Shown here one piece after another: positions 47,117-56,884 of a stretch of DNA of 64,000 nt. Location of the stretch: assembly GCA_001783805.1 (NCBI GenBank), contig MFNS01000005.1, positions 1,636 to 65,635 on the forward strand. The letters run 5' to 3'. The notes beneath the pieces are model-generated. The model was given only the letters and a program-made list of their open reading frames with translations. It did not search any database and was not told the origin of the DNA. The position numbers were made by a program, and so were the translations under genes. The DNA is from Candidatus Levybacteria bacterium RIFCSPHIGHO2_01_FULL_40_16 (GTDB lineage: Bacteria > Patescibacteriota > Microgenomatia > Levybacterales > UBA12049). Numbering within the stretch: position 1 is the stretch's first letter; each line of letters begins with the position of its first letter.

Positions 47117-47191
47117 TGTCCCTGGGGGGAATCGAACCTCCGACAACCCCCTTAGGACGGGGGTGCTCTAATCCAACTGAGCTACAGGGAC
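47117..47191 (-). tRNA. tRNA-Arg(CCT)
   Basis: Reverse complement GTCCCTGTAGCTCAGTTGGATTAGAGC...CCCCC-GTCCTAA-GGGGG...GGTTCGATTC...CAGGGACA. Confidence 0.94.
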
Positions 47192-47255
47192 TTTTCGGCA
47201 AGCTCAAGGCAAGCCTTGTTTGTATTTTAGCACAAAAAAACTTAAAATAGGTTAA

Positions 47256-47951
47256 ATGACAACTAAGGAAAAAATACGGTTTTTGGTTATCCGCAGTGTT
47301 GGAAATTTTTTGGTGCTTTTTGCCATCTTCGGAGTTCTGGCAACTTTTGGTCCTGCTTTATATTACGAAGCTCAATACCGGATTATTCAAATTAGAGGAA
47401 TCCACTTTTCTGTCGGCAGTACTCAAACTTCAATAAAAAATCAAACACAAATTACCAAACCATCGATGAGTTTTGCAGATGTTCTGTCGGGTCCCAAAGA
47501 ACAAATTCTGACACCAATTGATCCGGTGTTTAATATTTTGATACCCAAAATTGGGGCAAATGCGAGAGTTTTTCCCAATGTCGACCCGTCCAGACCGGAT
47601 CTTTTTTTGCCAGTTTTGCAGCAGGGAGTCGCGCATGCTGCCGGGACATTTTTCCCCGGACAACCGGGAAACATTTATTTATTTGCGCACTCAACTGACA
47701 ATTTTTGGAATGTCGGAAGATATAATGCAGTGTTTTATTTACTGAAAGATTTGAAGCCGGGGGATGACGTGGTGATTTTCTCTCAGAACGTCAGATATAA
47801 TTACAAAGTCACGAAAGTAGAAATTGTCGGACCTTCGGAAGGTTCATTTATAACGCGTGCGCAGACCGGAAAAGAACTTTTAATCTTGCAAACCTGCTGG
47901 CCCCCGGGCACCACCTGGCAACGCTTGTTAGTATTCGCAGAACCTAAGTAG
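47256..47951 (+). CDS. Sortase
   Basis: N-terminal TM; catalytic His ('LFAHS'), Cys ('LILQTC') and Arg ('WQRLLV'). Confidence 0.92.
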   Translation: MTTKEKIRFLVIRSVGNFLVLFAIFGVLATFGPALYYEAQYRIIQIRGIHFSVGSTQTSIKNQTQITKPSMSFADVLSGPKEQILTPIDPVFNILIPKIGANARVFPNVDPSRPDLFLPVLQQGVAHAAGTFFPGQPGNIYLFAHSTDNFWNVGRYNAVFYLLKDLKPGDDVVIFSQNVRYNYKVTKVEIVGPSEGSFITRAQTGKELLILQTCWPPGTTWQRLLVFAEPK

Positions 47952-48051
47952 TACAACCTCAAAAATCAAATATCAAAGATCAAAAACAAGTTAAAAGTTT
48001 AAAACTTTAAGCTTTGAATTAAGCTTTGAAGTTTGATTTCTAAACTTTGAG

Positions 48052-49242
48052 CTATTTCAACCCAATGGTGTACAGGTTGGGGGAGATGGCGGGGTTGCCA
48101 AGGTCAGTTAGTATCAAAATCTTTGATCCATCAGGCCAGGCAAAAGCATAGCCATCAATAAATGGCCCCGCGTAAATAGTAGTTTTGTTTTGTCCATCAT
48201 AGTCCATGATTTGAATTTTTTGGTCGGCGATATAGGTCAAATGTTTTGAGTCGGTGAACCAATTTAAGGGGTAGGCATCGGAGTCCAGAATCTTAAAATT
48301 TTTATCTTCCCGGATATCATAAACATAGACCGCTCCAATACTAATTTCTCGTGTTTCGGGCGTTGAATTCGTGCCTATTAACGGAGGATCAATGATTAAA
48401 GGCAAAGTAGCCGATCGACTGGCTATATAAAGAATTTTTGTTTCGTCTTCAGACCAAGATAAGATTGTAAAATCGTCTTTAATTAAATTTTGCAATTTTG
48501 TTTTTAATCCCAACAGTTGGGATTTGTCCTGATTTGCCCTTTGCTCGGTCCAGGTTGAATTAAGAGTGGCTAAGGTTGCCGTAACGTCTTGTGGATTTTC
48601 ATTGAAGGTAGTTTTTAAAAGATAAGTTGTAAAAGCGGGTCCTGCCGAGATTGTTGCAACCAGCTCTTTGGCATCAGGGGACCAGGAAAGTTGAGCTGTC
48701 GAAAAGTTATCAATCGTATCGTCCGCGATCTGCGTTGATGAGCTTTGCAAAGTTAGAATTGGGCGCAGTCCCATATCCAAAATGTAAATTCCATTTTTGC
48801 GGGGATTATCCAAAGAGGATACGGTATAGGCTATTTTGGTGCGGGTTGGATCCAAAACCGGATTGCTTACCCCTGCCTGGGTAACATTGTCAAGTTTTGG
48901 AGCAGTCGGAATTAAAAGCCCATAAGCACTTGACACAACTTCCTTTTCAATTTTTATTTTTTTCTGCCATAGTGAATAGCCCGATTTGGAAATCTTTACA
49001 TCATATTCGCCGGGGGGTAAACTAATTGTATTGTTGGTAGCGGATGTCAAATGGTCGTTGATATATATTCCGGCACCATCAGGCTGACTTGTAGCCACAA
49101 GCAATCCTGTTCCGGAAATTCCTATTTTACCGTCGCCAAAATTGAAATTATAGCCTCTGCCATACAAAATAACGGCTGTTGTCGCGACAATCAGAAACAC
49201 AACCGTAGCAGCATAAAAAACGAGCTTTCTCATCAAAGACAT
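48052..49242 (-). CDS. PEGA-domain protein with C-terminal beta-propeller-like region
   Basis: TM, 'GLLVATSQPDGAGIYIN...LPPGEYDVKISKSGY..W', 'WSPD/WPDG' repeats. Likely start 49233. Confidence 0.85.
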   Translation of the reverse strand: MSLMRKLVFYAATVVFLIVATTAVILYGRGYNFNFGDGKIGISGTGLLVATSQPDGAGIYINDHLTSATNNTISLPPGEYDVKISKSGYSLWQKKIKIEKEVVSSAYGLLIPTAPKLDNVTQAGVSNPVLDPTRTKIAYTVSSLDNPRKNGIYILDMGLRPILTLQSSSTQIADDTIDNFSTAQLSWSPDAKELVATISAGPAFTTYLLKTTFNENPQDVTATLATLNSTWTEQRANQDKSQLLGLKTKLQNLIKDDFTILSWSEDETKILYIASRSATLPLIIDPPLIGTNSTPETREISIGAVYVYDIREDKNFKILDSDAYPLNWFTDSKHLTYIADQKIQIMDYDGQNKTTIYAGPFIDGYAFAWPDGSKILILTDLGNPAISPNLYTIGLK

Positions 49243-49486
49243 TATATATCAAAAGCTTCTAAAAACAAAGCCATTTTGTACTCTTGCATTGTTGAAGAAA
49301 TAGAGTATATAATGACTCTACTCGCTAAGGCTTGCGGTTTTTTTGACATAGTTTGTAGATAGATTGATATGGTTATAAAGCTCAAAACGCAAAGCTCAAA
49401 GTTCAAAATTTAAGCGCAAAGTTAAAAGCTTTTAAGTTTGAGATGCAGATTTGAGTTTTGACATTTGAGTTTTGAGTTTTTAAATT

Positions 49487-50509
49487 ATGTTTTCATTCTC
49501 AGGTAAGCGAATTGGGATTGACCTTGGTACCGCTAATACGTTGGTTTATTTGGTGGGACAGGGAATAGTTCTCAATGAGCCCACAGTCGTGGCCGTAACT
49601 GCCGAAGAAAATAGGGTAGTTGCGGTAGGACGCGAAGCAAGGGAAATGTTAGGCAGAACTCCGGGAAATATAGTAGCGCTTAGACCTCTTAGGGATGGAG
49701 TTATCGCAGATTATACGATAACAGAGGCAATGCTTTCTTATTTTATAGATAAGGCAGCAGGAAAATCCCGATTCTTCAAACCGGAAGTAATGGTTTGTAT
49801 CCCATCAGGTGTAACTCAAGTTGAAAGACGCGCGGTTTTAGACGCGACCATGGCAGCCGGGGCAAAAATTGCTTATCTAATCGAAGAGCCCTTAGCTGCG
49901 GCAATCGGAGCAAAAATCCCTATCGCTCAGGCTGCGGGACACATGATTATTGATACCGGCGGAGGGTCAACCGAGTGCGCGGTTATTTCTCTAGGTGGTG
50001 TTGTGGTCCACAATTCGGTTCGCGTTGCGGGCAATAAAGTTGATGAGGCAATAGCAAATTACACTAGGAAAAAATTTAATCTTCTGGTTGGAGAACGGAC
50101 GGCAGAAGAAATAAAAATTACAATCGGAAATGCTTTTATTGAAGAAGAAGCTCGCGAGCTGGCAAAAATGGAAATAAGAGGCCGCGACACAATCACGGGT
50201 TTGCCAAGGACGATCGAACTGACGGAAGCGCAGATAAACGAAGCTATTCATCCTGTTCTGCTGCACATTGTGGGCGCAGTCAAGAGCGTCCTGGAGCAAA
50301 CCCCGCCCGAATTGGCGGCAGACATCATTGATAAAGGTGTCGTGATGAGTGGGGGAACATCACTGATTAAAAATTTTGACAAGCTAATGACGAAGCTAAC
50401 CGGCGTACCCTGTCATGTTGCCGAGGATGCTCTTTTATGTGTTGCCAAGGGAACAGGAGTAGCGCTGGAGAATATTGAACTTTATAAAAGAAGTATTTCC
50501 AAGAAATAA
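49487..50509 (+). CDS. mreB: Rod shape-determining protein MreB
   Basis: 'IGIDLGTANT', 'EPLAAAIGA', 'DTGGGSTE', 'TPPELAADI..KG'. Confidence 0.97.
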   Translation: MFSFSGKRIGIDLGTANTLVYLVGQGIVLNEPTVVAVTAEENRVVAVGREAREMLGRTPGNIVALRPLRDGVIADYTITEAMLSYFIDKAAGKSRFFKPEVMVCIPSGVTQVERRAVLDATMAAGAKIAYLIEEPLAAAIGAKIPIAQAAGHMIIDTGGGSTECAVISLGGVVVHNSVRVAGNKVDEAIANYTRKKFNLLVGERTAEEIKITIGNAFIEEEARELAKMEIRGRDTITGLPRTIELTEAQINEAIHPVLLHIVGAVKSVLEQTPPELAADIIDKGVVMSGGTSLIKNFDKLMTKLTGVPCHVAEDALLCVAKGTGVALENIELYKRSISKK

Positions 50510-50880
50510 ATTCTAAATACAAAATTACAAGTTCCAAATAATATCAAAATCACAATCATCAAAATTCAAAACGATTTGGAGCTTAGAATTTGGAAATTTG
50601 AATTTATTTGGGATTTGAGATTTTGAAGTTGTAATTTAAATAATTTAGGCTTATAATATTTCATGCTGACGTTTTCAGGGTTGTGAAAATTTTCAAAAGT
50701 CAAGACTTTTCACGGGACAATAGAATTATAGTATTTTGCAAAGTAAGACAATTAGAACCAATGGTTTTATGACCACGGAAGCACGAAGTTTGGAAGCAAA
50801 AAATGAGTATATTAAGTATTCAAAATGACTATTAATGCAAATATCTGGAGAAGTGCGATAAAACTTATAGTAGTAAAATT

Positions 50881-51822
50881 ATGATAGGTAAGAAAAATAT
50901 ACTTGGCGTCGGCATAACAGATGCTACCAAAGAAGAAATCCTAGAGTATATTGTCAAAAATCTTGAAAATTTCCATAAAAAGCTCTATTTTGTGACCCCA
51001 AACCCGGAATTTCTAGTCCTTGCAAGTAAAAATCCTGCCTTCAAAAACATCCTAAATAAAGCTGATTTAGCCTCGGCTGACGGCATTGGGGTAATAATTG
51101 CCGCTAAAATCTTGGGTAAGCCACTGAAAGAGCGTTTTGCCGGTGTAGATCTTGTGAAAAGCCTCTGTGAAAGGATAGCAGAAAAGCCTATAACAGTGGG
51201 CTTTCTGGGAGGGAGGAGTGGAGTAGCAAAGAAGACTGCCGAGTGCTTACTAAAAATGCATCCAAAATTGAAAGTTACTTTTGCCGGGGAAGAATGGCCA
51301 AAGAACGTTAAGGCTCGGCAACCACGCGTTTCAGATGACGCTCAGCCTGGTTTTCGGGGTCCTGTCAAAAGTAATCCTTCCGCCCACCTTCGTCAAGACT
51401 ACGGCGGGCAAGCCAGTGCAAGCGCTGCTTTACCCCTCGAAGCTTTTAAGCGAAGTGGGGTCGGAAGCCCTTCCTCTTTTGCCACCCCTCAAGATGCAAG
51501 TTTTAATAATTTAACAATAGAACAATTTAACAATAGAACAATTGATATCCTGTTCGTTGCTTTTGGTGCGCCCAAACAGGAATTTTGGATTAATGAAAAT
51601 CTTAATAAAATTCCTGTAAAAATTGCCATCGGAGTTGGCGGTGCATTTGATTATCTTAGCGGAAAAATACCAAGAGCACCGGGTTTCGTCAGAAATGTCG
51701 GACTGGAATGGTTGTTCCGTTTACTAGTCCAACCCTGGCGTCTCAAACGCCAACTTGCGCTGATAGAGTTTATCTGGTTAGTTATTAAAGAAAAATTAAG
51801 TAAATCCCATAGCACGACTTAA
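50881..51822 (+). CDS. WecB/TagA/CpsF glycosyltransferase with a repeat-derived insertion of about 75 aa
   Basis: 'VTPNPE', 'ADGIG', 'DILFVAFGAPKQE.W', 'GVGGAFD', 'RAP....GLEWLFRL..QPWR.KR'. Confidence 0.93.
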   Translation: MIGKKNILGVGITDATKEEILEYIVKNLENFHKKLYFVTPNPEFLVLASKNPAFKNILNKADLASADGIGVIIAAKILGKPLKERFAGVDLVKSLCERIAEKPITVGFLGGRSGVAKKTAECLLKMHPKLKVTFAGEEWPKNVKARQPRVSDDAQPGFRGPVKSNPSAHLRQDYGGQASASAALPLEAFKRSGVGSPSSFATPQDASFNNLTIEQFNNRTIDILFVAFGAPKQEFWINENLNKIPVKIAIGVGGAFDYLSGKIPRAPGFVRNVGLEWLFRLLVQPWRLKRQLALIEFIWLVIKEKLSKSHSTT

Positions 51823-51995
51823 TGATTGTGATATTGAAAAAGTGGTATGACGTGAAATAAAATCCGATAGGTTTCGTAATCTTTAGATATATTGTGATAC
51901 TAAATGCAATATTGTTAAAATCAAATTTTTTCCTGCAATTTTCAAGATAATAATTCCCAATTTTGACTTAATGCGAATTATGTTATAATGCTGAA

Positions 51996-53261
51996 ATGAG
52001 AATAATGTTTCTTTACATGTTTCCTTTGTGGGGAAACGGAAGCGGGGCTTATCTTAGGGCACTGGCTCTAAAACTGGCCAAAAAAGGACACAATATTGCC
52101 ATTGTTGCTCCGGATAAAAGAACGCTTCCCGGAATAAAACATTATGTCGTAAATCCGCCCCAAATAGGTGTATTTGTCGGCCATCCGGAATTACCTAAAT
52201 CTAAAAAATTTGCAGACATGAACGGAAAAGAACTGGGCGCAATTTACACAAGTTATCTGAAGACAACCATAGATGCCGTAGCTGATTTTAATCCCGAAAT
52301 TATCCATGTTTTCCATACCGCATTCTTGCCCGGAATTGCCCGCGTGATTAAAATTTTATTTGGAATAAAGTTTATTATTACAACCCATGGAAGCGACTTA
52401 AATTATCTGGTAAAAGACAGAAGATTTATAGGACTTATAAATGATGCGAACAAAGTCGCCAGATTCATTACCGCCAATAGTGAATTCACCAAAAAGTGGT
52501 ATTTGGATATGTTTGGGCAATACTTAAGACATAAAAGTACTGTAATCATGGGCGGAGTAAATCTTGAGGACTTCAGGAAAGAACCTAAATACATAGACAT
52601 TATCAATGAAAAATATAATCTCTCCGGCAAAAAAGTAGTTTTATTTACCGGAAGATTGACTAAGCACAAAGGAGTAAATTATCTTGTAAAGGCGGCACCT
52701 TTTATTAAGGGAAATGTAGTGATCGCCGGTGATGGGCCGGAAAGAAAAAATATTGAAGAGCAAATTAAGAAAAACAAAGTAAAAAATATTGTGATGGCAG
52801 GATATATCACTACTGAAAATCAAAAGCTTTTCCATGCATTCTACGAAAGAGCGGACGTCTATATCGCGCCGAGCGTTTGGAGCGAGCCCTTGGGATTAAC
52901 AATACTTGAAGCTATGGCAGCGCATAAACCTGTAATTGCCACCAAAAAAGGCGGAATACTCTCAATAATAAAAGATAAGGAGAATGGTTTTCTAATAAAC
53001 TCAAGAAATTCTCAACAAATAGTCGAGGTTGTGAATATGCTTTTAGACGATGACGAATTGAGGAGAAAAATAGGAGACAACGCATATAAATCAATAGTGG
53101 AAAACTTTACTTGGGATAAGATAGCCAGTCAGTTCGAAAATATCTATAAAAAATTTAAATATTCTACCTCGGAGTATGTGGCAAGAGTTAAAGGTATGAA
53201 TCCTGAGCTTTCTAATTTTATAAAATCAATTAAAAAACTTGGGATACCGATAGGAATTTAA
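51996..53261 (+). CDS. GT4 family glycosyltransferase
   Basis: 'FTGRLTKHKG', 'EPLGLTILEAMA' (EX7E). Confidence 0.93.
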   Translation: MRIMFLYMFPLWGNGSGAYLRALALKLAKKGHNIAIVAPDKRTLPGIKHYVVNPPQIGVFVGHPELPKSKKFADMNGKELGAIYTSYLKTTIDAVADFNPEIIHVFHTAFLPGIARVIKILFGIKFIITTHGSDLNYLVKDRRFIGLINDANKVARFITANSEFTKKWYLDMFGQYLRHKSTVIMGGVNLEDFRKEPKYIDIINEKYNLSGKKVVLFTGRLTKHKGVNYLVKAAPFIKGNVVIAGDGPERKNIEEQIKKNKVKNIVMAGYITTENQKLFHAFYERADVYIAPSVWSEPLGLTILEAMAAHKPVIATKKGGILSIIKDKENGFLINSRNSQQIVEVVNMLLDDDELRRKIGDNAYKSIVENFTWDKIASQFENIYKKFKYSTSEYVARVKGMNPELSNFIKSIKKLGIPIGI

Positions 53262-53267
53262 CTCATT

Positions 53268-54410
53268 ATGGCCAAATTAAAAATTGCCCTTTTGGCTCCG
53301 TTGAAAAGGCCGATAAATCCCCAGACGACTGTCAGCAGGAATAGAATTGTTGCCGATTTGGCGCTCGGACTGACACAGAAAGACCATAGCGTAACAATTT
53401 TTGGCACAGCTGATTCATATTTACCCGGAGTTGAAATAATAGGAGTTGTTAATAAGGGTTTGGTAGAGCTTCCGCCAACAGAAAATCCGTTTTATACGGA
53501 CACGGCTTATATTACTCACGATATTATGCAGGTTTTGACAGTACAAGATAAGTTTGATGTGATTCATAATCACATGTATCCGGAATTTTTACCTCTGATT
53601 GCGCAAAAACTATTTAGAAAGCCTCTGATTACAACTGTACATTCGCAGGCAACGAAAGAACTTGCAATGGCGATTTCCGATACAAAGGGGACAAGCCGGC
53701 TGATATCTATTTCGGAAAGCGCAAAAAAAGCGCTCGGTCTGGAAGCAGCTGTAATTTACAACGGTATTGACACAAATTTATACGTTCCGAATGAAGCGTC
53801 TGCAAAAACCTATTTATTCTTTATCGGCAGGATGAGTAAAGCCAAAGCAAACGGAAAATTCCTTGATCCTAAAGGCGCAGGCAATGCTTTGGAAGTTGCC
53901 AAGGCAATGGGTGAAGATCTTAAAATTGTCGGAAATGTTGAAGATAGAAAATTTTATGATGAAATTATCGCCCCAAATTTATCGGACAAAATTCAATTTG
54001 TCGGAGATGTATCAAGTGAACAAACGTTAAGCAGGGAACAGATGATAAGCCTTCATCAAAATGCGAAAGCCTTTCTTTTTCCAATAAATTGGGAAGAGCC
54101 ATTTGGTCTGGTAATGACAGAGGCAATGGCCTGCGGAACTCCGGTTATTGCCTACAATCGAGGAAGCGTTTCTGAGTTGGTGCGAGATGGTCTTACCGGG
54201 TTTGTTATAGAGCCGGAAGAATCTGAAAGCGAATCAAGATTTGTGATTAAGAAAAAAGGGATGGAAGGCTTAATCGAAGCGGTTAAAAGAATAGGGGAGA
54301 TAGACAGAAAAGCTTGCCGGGAGCACGTTTTGCAAAAATTCAGCATGGAAAAAATGGTTGATAATTACGAAAAACTCTATTACGAGATAATAGATAATAA
54401 GAATGAGTGA
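53268..54410 (+). CDS. GT4 family glycosyltransferase
   Basis: 'FDVIHNH', 'WEEPFGLVMTEAMACGTPVIA'. Confidence 0.93.
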   Translation: MAKLKIALLAPLKRPINPQTTVSRNRIVADLALGLTQKDHSVTIFGTADSYLPGVEIIGVVNKGLVELPPTENPFYTDTAYITHDIMQVLTVQDKFDVIHNHMYPEFLPLIAQKLFRKPLITTVHSQATKELAMAISDTKGTSRLISISESAKKALGLEAAVIYNGIDTNLYVPNEASAKTYLFFIGRMSKAKANGKFLDPKGAGNALEVAKAMGEDLKIVGNVEDRKFYDEIIAPNLSDKIQFVGDVSSEQTLSREQMISLHQNAKAFLFPINWEEPFGLVMTEAMACGTPVIAYNRGSVSELVRDGLTGFVIEPEESESESRFVIKKKGMEGLIEAVKRIGEIDRKACREHVLQKFSMEKMVDNYEKLYYEIIDNKNE

Positions 54411-55420
54411 AGCAGGAGATTCTTTAGAAATTAGACCTGAGTCAAAACAAACGACAGGATCCGCAGATACGCCAAAAACTGCAGAAATTCAAAAAACTTC
54501 TTTAGACGCGATTCTCGTTTTTGGCCAGGGACCGGTAATTGAAAAAGACACAAGACTGAAAGCAGGGGAAACTCCTAAGGGAAAAGGATCAGAAGATATA
54601 AATTTCTGGGGAAAGACCTTGGCGGAGGCGGCAGCTCAGCTTTACAAGCGGGGACAAACAAGAGAGATTATTATAATGGGTGGGAGGACAGGCGGAGCAG
54701 AATACGATTCGGAGGCGGATTTGATTGCACAGGCGCTTGTTGCTCATGGCGTTCCGGCGCATGCAATTAAGAAAGAAGACATGTCCACAAATACCTTGGA
54801 GAATCTCGTTAATGTTCTTAATGAACAGCTTGATAAACAGCCACGTTATAATAATCTTGGAATTTTGACAGCTAACTATCATCTTCCCCGAACGCAAATG
54901 CTCATGGAGCTGTTTGATATTCCTTATAAGTCAGCTTTTTCCGCAGAAGAAGTCTTAAGATATGTGGCACGTGAAAGGGAGAATTGGGATAATGACAAAC
55001 TATTAGAGATTGAGAGAAGATTAAATATGGGAGAAGCTTCTAAAGCTCCCGCTTCCTCTAAGGATAAGGTGGATACTTTTTATCAGGAAAAACAGGGCAC
55101 GGAAAAAAAGAATATCGTAAGGCGTGGGCAGGAAGAGGATGTTTGGAGCAAGGCACTTCTGGACATGCCGGAATATTGGATAAGCTATGTAGGGCGTCTT
55201 CAGAGCGGAGAGGATAAGGCGGATTTTGGCTGTTCAAGATCAGAAAATGCTTGCAGAAAAGTTTGATATTGATTTGACGGTTGATGTGGATGAAGTTATT
55301 AAGCAAAAATTATTGTTAATTACAAGGACACTGCCTGATCTCGAAAAAGAGATTGGGAAAGATTGGTCACCCGAAGTAAAGGCAAAACTTGATAAGATTA
55401 TAGAACAAAGGCAAAAATAA
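54403..55420 (+). pseudogene. YdcF/ElyC (DUF218) family protein, apparently frameshifted near 55205-55212
   Basis: 'ILVFG', 'IIIMGG', 'SEADLI', 'E..STNTLEN', 'TANYHLPR'; a protein-like continuation ERIRRILAVQDQKMLAEKF... lies in another frame and ends 3 nt before glgA. Confidence 0.6.
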
Positions 55421-55423
55421 ATT

Positions 55424-56860
55424 ATGCAGCTTAAAATTTTAATTACGGGTTACGAGGGAGCGCCATTTTATAAAAAGGGAGGACTTGGGGATGTAATGGA
55501 ATCTTTGCCCAAAGCTCTTGCCAAAATCGGAATAGATGTTAAGGCGGTTATTCCTTATTATTATTGCATAAAAGAAAAATATCATTTGGAAAAAGAGGGA
55601 GAATTTACGGTGACATTTGGATCGGAAACAGAGCATCTGGGAATATACTCTACCCTGCTTCCAAACACCAAAGTCCCTTTTTATTTTTTGGAGAACAGAA
55701 AATATCTTTTTTCAAGCAATGCCGGAGGTAAAAACAAAAGAATAGAGCAGTTTGCTTTTTTTAATCTTGCAGTTGCGCATTTTGTCAATTGGGTCTCTGA
55801 ACATCATCATTGGTCGCCGGCCTTGATTCACTGCAATGATTGGCATACCGCACTTATTCCTTTAATTCTGAAGAAGAAAATAAAATCTTCAATCCCTACG
55901 CTTTTAACCATTCACAATCTTCTTTATCAGGGAGTTGGGTCACTGCGGGTTTTAGATCTTTTGAATATGAAAAATGAAGAGACAAAAGAGCTGAAAAAGG
56001 GAAAACCGGCAACAGAAATGAATATTTTGGGGGAAGGAATTATCTATGCGACCCGGGTTTCTACGGTTTCCGTTTCTTACGCGAAAGAAATTGCCAGCGA
56101 TTATGACAGAAGTCCGATAGGACCCTTTCTTAAGAAAAGGGAAGAGGAGTGCTGCAATAAAGACGGGAAAATATTGGGCATTCACAATGGCATAGATTAT
56201 GATATTTGGAATCCGGCAGTAGATGAACTTCTATATCATAAATTCGATATGAATACTTGGGAAGCCTGCAAGAAAGACAACAAGAAAGATTTGTTGGAAA
56301 GTCTGGGATTGCCGGATAAACCGACTTTTTGTTTTGTGGGTAGAATGGTCAAGCAGAAAGGTCTAGACGTCTTGATAAAAGCAATTAATCGAATTTCTCG
56401 CCTTGATGTTAATGTAATAATTTTAGGCTCCGGAAATTTGAAAATACAAAAAAACGTTTCGAAGATAGCCAACAAATTTCCTTGGGTTAAAGCGGAATTT
56501 GTTTATAGCGAAGAGCTAGCCCATAAGCTTTATGCCGGATCTGATTTTATTATCATTCCCTCGCGTTACGAACCTTGCGGGTTGATACAGATGATCGCAA
56601 TGAGATATGGAACGATACCTATAGCATCGCGGACAGGCGGATTGCAAGACTCAATTATGCATGGGAAAAATGGTTTTCTTTTTGCTAAAGGTAGGTCAAT
56701 CAGGCTGAAAAAAGCCATTGAGCACGCCCTAAATGTTTACAAAAATAAAGAACAGTATAGAAAAATGGTGGAGCGGGCAATGAAAACTGATTTTTCCTGG
56801 GATAAGAGCGCTTTATTGTATAAAAAACTGTACGAGGAAATGCTGACAATTGACAAGTAA
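55424..56860 (+). CDS. glgA: Glycogen synthase
   Basis: 'KKGGLGDV' (KxGGL), 'IHCNDWHT', 'TIHNL.YQG', 'PSRYEPCGL.QM.AMRYG'. Confidence 0.95.
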   Translation: MQLKILITGYEGAPFYKKGGLGDVMESLPKALAKIGIDVKAVIPYYYCIKEKYHLEKEGEFTVTFGSETEHLGIYSTLLPNTKVPFYFLENRKYLFSSNAGGKNKRIEQFAFFNLAVAHFVNWVSEHHHWSPALIHCNDWHTALIPLILKKKIKSSIPTLLTIHNLLYQGVGSLRVLDLLNMKNEETKELKKGKPATEMNILGEGIIYATRVSTVSVSYAKEIASDYDRSPIGPFLKKREEECCNKDGKILGIHNGIDYDIWNPAVDELLYHKFDMNTWEACKKDNKKDLLESLGLPDKPTFCFVGRMVKQKGLDVLIKAINRISRLDVNVIILGSGNLKIQKNVSKIANKFPWVKAEFVYSEELAHKLYAGSDFIIIPSRYEPCGLIQMIAMRYGTIPIASRTGGLQDSIMHGKNGFLFAKGRSIRLKKAIEHALNVYKNKEQYRKMVERAMKTDFSWDKSALLYKKLYEEMLTIDK

Positions 56861-56884
56861 CAATTAACAGGTGACAATTAAACT

